Source: a virus
Taxonomy: Duplodnaviria > Caudoviricetes
Length of the DNA: 27,438 nt
Direction: 5' to 3' (one strand)
Virus record (IMG/VR): IMGVR_UViG_3300042521_002455
Location: 1-27,438 of that record
The position numbers and the translations under genes are program-made. Shown here piece by piece: positions 24,114-27,438 of this stretch; positions within the stretch are counted from its first letter, which is position 1, and each line of letters opens with the position of its first letter. The notes beneath the pieces were generated by a model. The model was not told the origin of the DNA. It saw nothing but the letters and a program-made list of their open reading frames with translations, and searched no databases.

Positions 24114-24526
24114 GAATCACGAACGGACAACTCGCCGCCGTGTACGGCCTCCGATTGATCGGCGTCCCGCTGACGGACTGCTGCAAGATCGCTGGGACGC
24201 CGTACAAGAGGACCATCGAGTACCTGCCGCTGGAGTGGCGCGATAAGGTCCGTCCGCGCCCCACATGGACCTACGAGCGCCTGTGCGCCATGCGCCGCGA
24301 CTACATCAATCCGCACCTGCAGACGTGGCAGGTTGCCATCCGGCACCACACCACGCGCGACACTGTCCGGAAGCTTGCCCAGCGCGAAGGCTGGCCGCCC
24401 AAGAAGATCGGCCGGCCGAAGGGCAGGGGTAAGCGGAAGATCGTCGCCAAGCTCATCAACCGGGGGATGAGCCGGGAGCAGGCGCTCTACACGACCTTGG
24501 AAGCTGCACTGGAGGCCAGAGTATGA
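24110..24526 (+). CDS. Hypothetical basic protein, possible DNA-binding
   Basis: 138 aa; HTH-like VAIRHHTTRDTVRKLA; coupled at both ends. Confidence 0.6.
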   Translation: MRITNGQLAAVYGLRLIGVPLTDCCKIAGTPYKRTIEYLPLEWRDKVRPRPTWTYERLCAMRRDYINPHLQTWQVAIRHHTTRDTVRKLAQREGWPPKKIGRPKGRGKRKIVAKLINRGMSREQALYTTLEAALEARV

Positions 24527-25245
24527 GTGTCCGCGCTCTTTCTTGGTCCTTCGCCTTGCCGCTGCAGGACATGGCCGCCAAGGGCGTCCTGCACGCGCTG
24601 GCGGACCATGCGGACGAGGATTTGAAGTGCTGGCCGTCGCTGGCCCGCATCGCCCTGTTCGTAGGGTGTAGCGAGAACACCGCGCGCCGTGCCCTGCAAA
24701 GGGTCGAAGCGATGGGGATCATCAGCCGGGAAACGCGGCCAGGTCAAAGCGACATGTACCGGCTCAATGCAGACTTTGACCCCTCCCAAATTGACACCCC
24801 TACCAAATCGGCACCCCTCCCAACGAAGACGCCACCCCTCCCACGGTGGGACCCCACCCCTCCCAAATTGGTAGGGGACCCCTCCCACGGTGGGACCCGA
24901 ACCGTCAATGAACCATCAAAGAACCGTCAACTAACCGTCAGGGGCGACGCCAATGCAAAACCACACCGACTCCCAGCGGACTGGCAGCCCTCGCAGGATT
25001 GCCGAGAGTTTGCCTCCGATCTCGGACTTGATGCGGACGCAACCGCCGAGGCATTCATCGACTATTGGACCGGAAAAGGCGCGGGCACAAAGCGAACAGA
25101 CTGGGCTCGCACTTGGAGAGTCTGGTGCCGCCGAGAGACCGCTCGGCCGATGGGTAAAGGATCAGTTGGGCGGCTTCAATCTACCCGAGGCAACGATGCG
25201 TTCTATCAGCAGCTCGCTGACATCGCACGTCGCGCCGACGACTAG
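24523..25245 (+). CDS. Phage replication initiator (N-terminal winged HTH, lambda O-like organisation)
   Basis: K.VL.ALADHAD....CWPSLARIA...GCSE.T.RRAL..E; internal iterons; C-terminal F.DYW....KR.DW..TWR.W. Confidence 0.85.
   Translation: MSVRALSWSFALPLQDMAAKGVLHALADHADEDLKCWPSLARIALFVGCSENTARRALQRVEAMGIISRETRPGQSDMYRLNADFDPSQIDTPTKSAPLPTKTPPLPRWDPTPPKLVGDPSHGGTRTVNEPSKNRQLTVRGDANAKPHRLPADWQPSQDCREFASDLGLDADATAEAFIDYWTGKGAGTKRTDWARTWRVWCRRETARPMGKGSVGRLQSTRGNDAFYQQLADIARRADD
24779..24898 (+). repeat. Six ACCCCT(C/A)CCA iterons, probable replication origin
   Basis: Copies start at 24779, 24796, 24813, 24834, 24856 and 24878, inside the initiator gene. Confidence 0.8.
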
Positions 25246-25660
25246 CAGCGTTTGGGGCGGTGATGGGCAATTCACCGGCACAAAGCTGGGTCCGTTCGGA
25301 CTGCGCAAGGGGTGGAAGCGCGCCGACCTGCTGCAGGATCTGGCGCTATTGCGTGGCATGTGCCGGGGCGGCAAGCGGGCTGAAATTGCCCACGAAGTCG
25401 CCAAGCTGATGGTGCGCACGAAGTCACGCGCTCACGGCGACGGCGAGGCCCGCTTGATGGCTGAAACCATGGTGCAGGACTTGAGCGCCTATCCCATCGA
25501 TGTTGTCCGGTTTGCCTGCGAATACTGGGTGGACGGCGGCGCTGATGCGAAGTTCACGCCCTCGTGGCCGGAACTCAAGGAAATTTGTGAGAAGCGCATG
25601 GATGGCCGTCGCAGGCTCGTCCGCTGCCTGGAGCATCACCTTGCGGAGCAGCCGCAATGA
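25196..25660 (+). CDS. Replication-associated protein (helicase-loader position)
   Basis: Follows the initiator; DLSAYP..VV..AC..W.....F.PSW.EL pattern; start uncertain (track gives 24953). Confidence 0.5.
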   Translation: MRSISSSLTSHVAPTTSSVWGGDGQFTGTKLGPFGLRKGWKRADLLQDLALLRGMCRGGKRAEIAHEVAKLMVRTKSRAHGDGEARLMAETMVQDLSAYPIDVVRFACEYWVDGGADAKFTPSWPELKEICEKRMDGRRRLVRCLEHHLAEQPQ

Positions 25661-25688
25661 CCACCCGCAAAGCCTTTATGGGGAACGC

Positions 25689-25817
25689 ATGATGACTGAG
25701 GAAGAAGCCAAAACAAAATGGTGCCCGGCAGCGAAGATACCGCTCGGCTCATTGTGCATCGCTCTCCGTGCCCGCGTCGCCCTCTCACAGACAGAGGCAG
25801 AGGAGGGCAAGGCATGA
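25689..25817 (+). CDS. Tiny hypothetical protein, possible deletion remnant
   Basis: MMTEEEAKTKWCP...LCIALRAR; ATGA overlap with the next gene. Confidence 0.4.
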   Translation: MMTEEEAKTKWCPAAKIPLGSLCIALRARVALSQTEAEEGKA

Positions 25818-25999
25818 GCGCCAGACCCGCAGGCTGGTATTGGGTCAAACGCCTATCCGATGAGGACTGGCAGCCCGCTCAATGGGCGCCGATGAGGGAA
25901 TATCCCGGCGAGTGGCGCTGGGAATTCTTTTTCTACAGAGGCGAAATCCACCGTGGACGCGTCCATCGCGTCGGAAAGCGCATCCATGCTCCAGCTTAA
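25814..25999 (+). CDS. Trp-rich hypothetical protein (61 aa)
   Basis: SD GAGGAGG; MSARPAGWYWVK. Confidence 0.6.
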   Translation: MSARPAGWYWVKRLSDEDWQPAQWAPMREYPGEWRWEFFFYRGEIHRGRVHRVGKRIHAPA

Positions 26000-26210
26000 C
26001 CCGCCAATCCCTGTGACCGTGAACAGTGAAGAACTTCCGCCCGGCGTTAGAGACGAGTCCCGGCGCGGCTGGTGCTACGCCTGGAAGGAGTGCGGCATTG
26101 ACGGCCACCGTATGTGGGTCGTCGTCATGGACGCAACAGGCGAGGTGATCGACGTGCCGCAGCCGGAAATCCTTGTCGATCCTAATTGGAGCTACGGGAG
26201 GCGCACATGA
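25986..26210 (+). CDS. Hypothetical phage protein (74 aa)
   Basis: MLQLNPPIPV...WVV..D.TGE...N...GR; stop overlaps the next ATG. Confidence 0.6.
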   Translation: MLQLNPPIPVTVNSEELPPGVRDESRRGWCYAWKECGIDGHRMWVVVMDATGEVIDVPQPEILVDPNWSYGRRT

Positions 26211-26524
26211 ACGGCAGACCTTGGACCGCAGACGACACCGCCACGCTCCGCCGTATGGCTGGAGCCGGATATTCAGACGGCGAGATTGCCAACCATCTAG
26301 GCTTCGCCCGCGAGACGGTCACGCGCCGCCGGCTGTGCCTTGGCTACACCGCAGGCCTAAAGATTGGGAGAAGGCGCCGGTTTATTCGATTGGCGCGCGC
26401 CGTGAGTAGCCCAATCACATATGGGGCAGGGCTCTATTCTGGCTATGACGGGTATGAGATCGTCCCGAACGAATGGGAGCAAGCGGCTGAACGCTCTCGC
26501 ATCCTTGCACTCTTGCCAGTTTAG
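26207..26524 (+). CDS. GcrA-like N-terminal HTH protein, candidate late-gene regulator
   Basis: WT.DD...LRRM...GYS..EIA.HLG..R..V..R...LG; last early gene before the terminase. Confidence 0.6.
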   Translation: MNGRPWTADDTATLRRMAGAGYSDGEIANHLGFARETVTRRRLCLGYTAGLKIGRRRRFIRLARAVSSPITYGAGLYSGYDGYEIVPNEWEQAAERSRILALLPV

Positions 26525-26585
26525 TCTTGCCGCAAGAGTGCAAGACTAGTTTACGCTTGACTTTCTAAATCACAACTCAATAACT
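26504..26585 (+). promoter_or_regulatory. Nested inverted repeats plus candidate late promoter
   Basis: 13-bp perfect IR at 26504-26516/26532-26544; 9-bp IR at 26522-26530/26540-26548; TTGACT at 26557-26562 with a weak -10 (ATAACT) 17 nt downstream. Confidence 0.5.
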
Positions 26586-26656
26586 GGTTAGGCTGACCGC
26601 TCCACAACCGAGCATCAGCACATGGCTTCGGCCGTCCAGAATAGCAAAGAATAGCA

Positions 26657-26941
26657 ATGGCTCGCGGCTCAAAGCCCGGCGAGCGACGCGGCGGCCGGAA
26701 AAAGGGCTCGCTGAACAAGGCAACCGCCGACATCAAGGCGCTTGCCCAGACCTACACGTCTGAAGCTATGGAACGGCTGGCCGTTGTCATGCGGACCAGT
26801 GACAGCGACGCGGCGCGTGTGGCTGCCATCAAGGAGATATTCGAGCGCGGACACGGCAAGGCGCCCCAGCCGCAGACGGGCGAAGGGGGCACAGGACCGA
26901 TTGCCCACATTCACCGCGTCGAGTTGGTGGACCTGCGATGA
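26657..26941 (+). CDS. terS: Terminase small subunit
   Basis: GGRKKGSLNK...A.E.L...M......ARVAA..EI.ERGHGKA.Q; overlaps the terL start. Confidence 0.75.
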   Translation: MARGSKPGERRGGRKKGSLNKATADIKALAQTYTSEAMERLAVVMRTSDSDAARVAAIKEIFERGHGKAPQPQTGEGGTGPIAHIHRVELVDLR

Positions 26942-27438
26942 CCGCCGTCCAGATCGCGCTCCCCCCAAAACTGAAAAGCATATTCATCGGCCGGGCCGAC
27001 GTGCGAGGCGCCTATGGTGGGCGAGGCTCTGGAAAGACCCGTTCCTTTGCCAAAATGACGGCGGTTAAAGGCTTCATGTTTGGCGCGGCTGGGCAGGCCG
27101 GATTCATTTTGTGCGGCCGTCAGTATATGAACTCGCTAGCGGATTCCTCCCTTGAGGAGATCAAGCGAGCAATTGAGGAAGAGCCCTTTCTGGCCGCCTA
27201 TTACGACATAGGGGAGAAATACATAAAAAGCCGCGACGGCAAGATTGAATATGCCTTCGCCGGCCTGGATCGCAACATTGAGAGCGTTAAATCCAAGGGC
27301 CGCATTCTCCTGTGCTGGGTTGACGAAGCCGAGCCAGTCACGGCGGAAGCTTGGAGCACGCTTATCCCGACTTTGCGTGAGGAAGGCGAGGACTGGAATG
27401 CCGAGCTCTGGGTGACGTGGAACCCAAAGCGCAAGAGC
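26938..27438 (+). CDS. terL: Terminase large subunit (PBSX/P22-like), 3'-truncated by window edge
   Basis: MTAVQIALPPKL...; Walker A YGGRGSGKT, Walker B LLCWVDEAE, coupling motif TWNP; no stop before the window end, so it is absent from the track. Confidence 0.93.
   Translation, partial: MTAVQIALPPKLKSIFIGRADVRGAYGGRGSGKTRSFAKMTAVKGFMFGAAGQAGFILCGRQYMNSLADSSLEEIKRAIEEEPFLAAYYDIGEKYIKSRDGKIEYAFAGLDRNIESVKSKGRILLCWVDEAEPVTAEAWSTLIPTLREEGEDWNAELWVTWNPKRKS

Larger units (their letters stand above)
1..27438. mobile_element. Temperate P22-like (podovirus-type) phage genome segment, non-integrated form
   Basis: Continuous phage gene order from tail and ejection genes through lysis, int-attP-xis, cI/cro and replication to terminase. 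No host housekeeping genes; attP is internal and intact. Confidence 0.93.

Noticed and set aside
24779-24898. CRISPR-like mini-array
   Set aside because: Repeats are about 10 bp with 7-12-bp gaps, lie inside a coding gene, and no cas genes are present; iterons fit better.
24953-25195. 5' extension of the ORF downstream of the initiator
   Set aside because: Would overlap the initiator by about 290 nt with low-complexity translation; a later start is more plausible.
26577-26591. Possible CtrA box (TCAA-N7-TTAG) near the late promoter
   Set aside because: Only 6 of 8 positions match TTAA-N7-TTAA in an AT-rich patch; not distinguishable from chance.

Overview
The whole window is one GC-rich temperate phage, podovirus-like with P22-type virion gene order. 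The host is probably an alphaproteobacterium, inferred from GapR/DUF2312- and GcrA-like genes. Order along the window: 3' part of a gp10-like tail hub, GNAT protein, three DNA-ejection proteins, a multi-gene receptor-binding module, and a lysis cassette (holin-like protein, GH24 endolysin, overlapping spanins). Then come a tyrosine integrase, an intact attP matching a tRNA (probably Leu) 3' end, and an excisionase. The leftward early operon encodes Lar-like, two HNH, NinB and SSAP-like proteins. A cI/cro switch carries 17-bp palindromic operators. The rightward early and replication genes include an iteron-bearing initiator, followed by terminase small and partial large subunits. The intact attP implies the free or excised form. 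The most unusual signals are a GapR-HTH fusion ending in an FtsZ-tail-like peptide, several structured non-coding elements in and around the lysis cassette, a diverged duplicate of the xis N-terminus fused to Lar, and an antisense membrane ORF at the P22 sieA position. All product calls are from motif recognition by eye; no database search was run.
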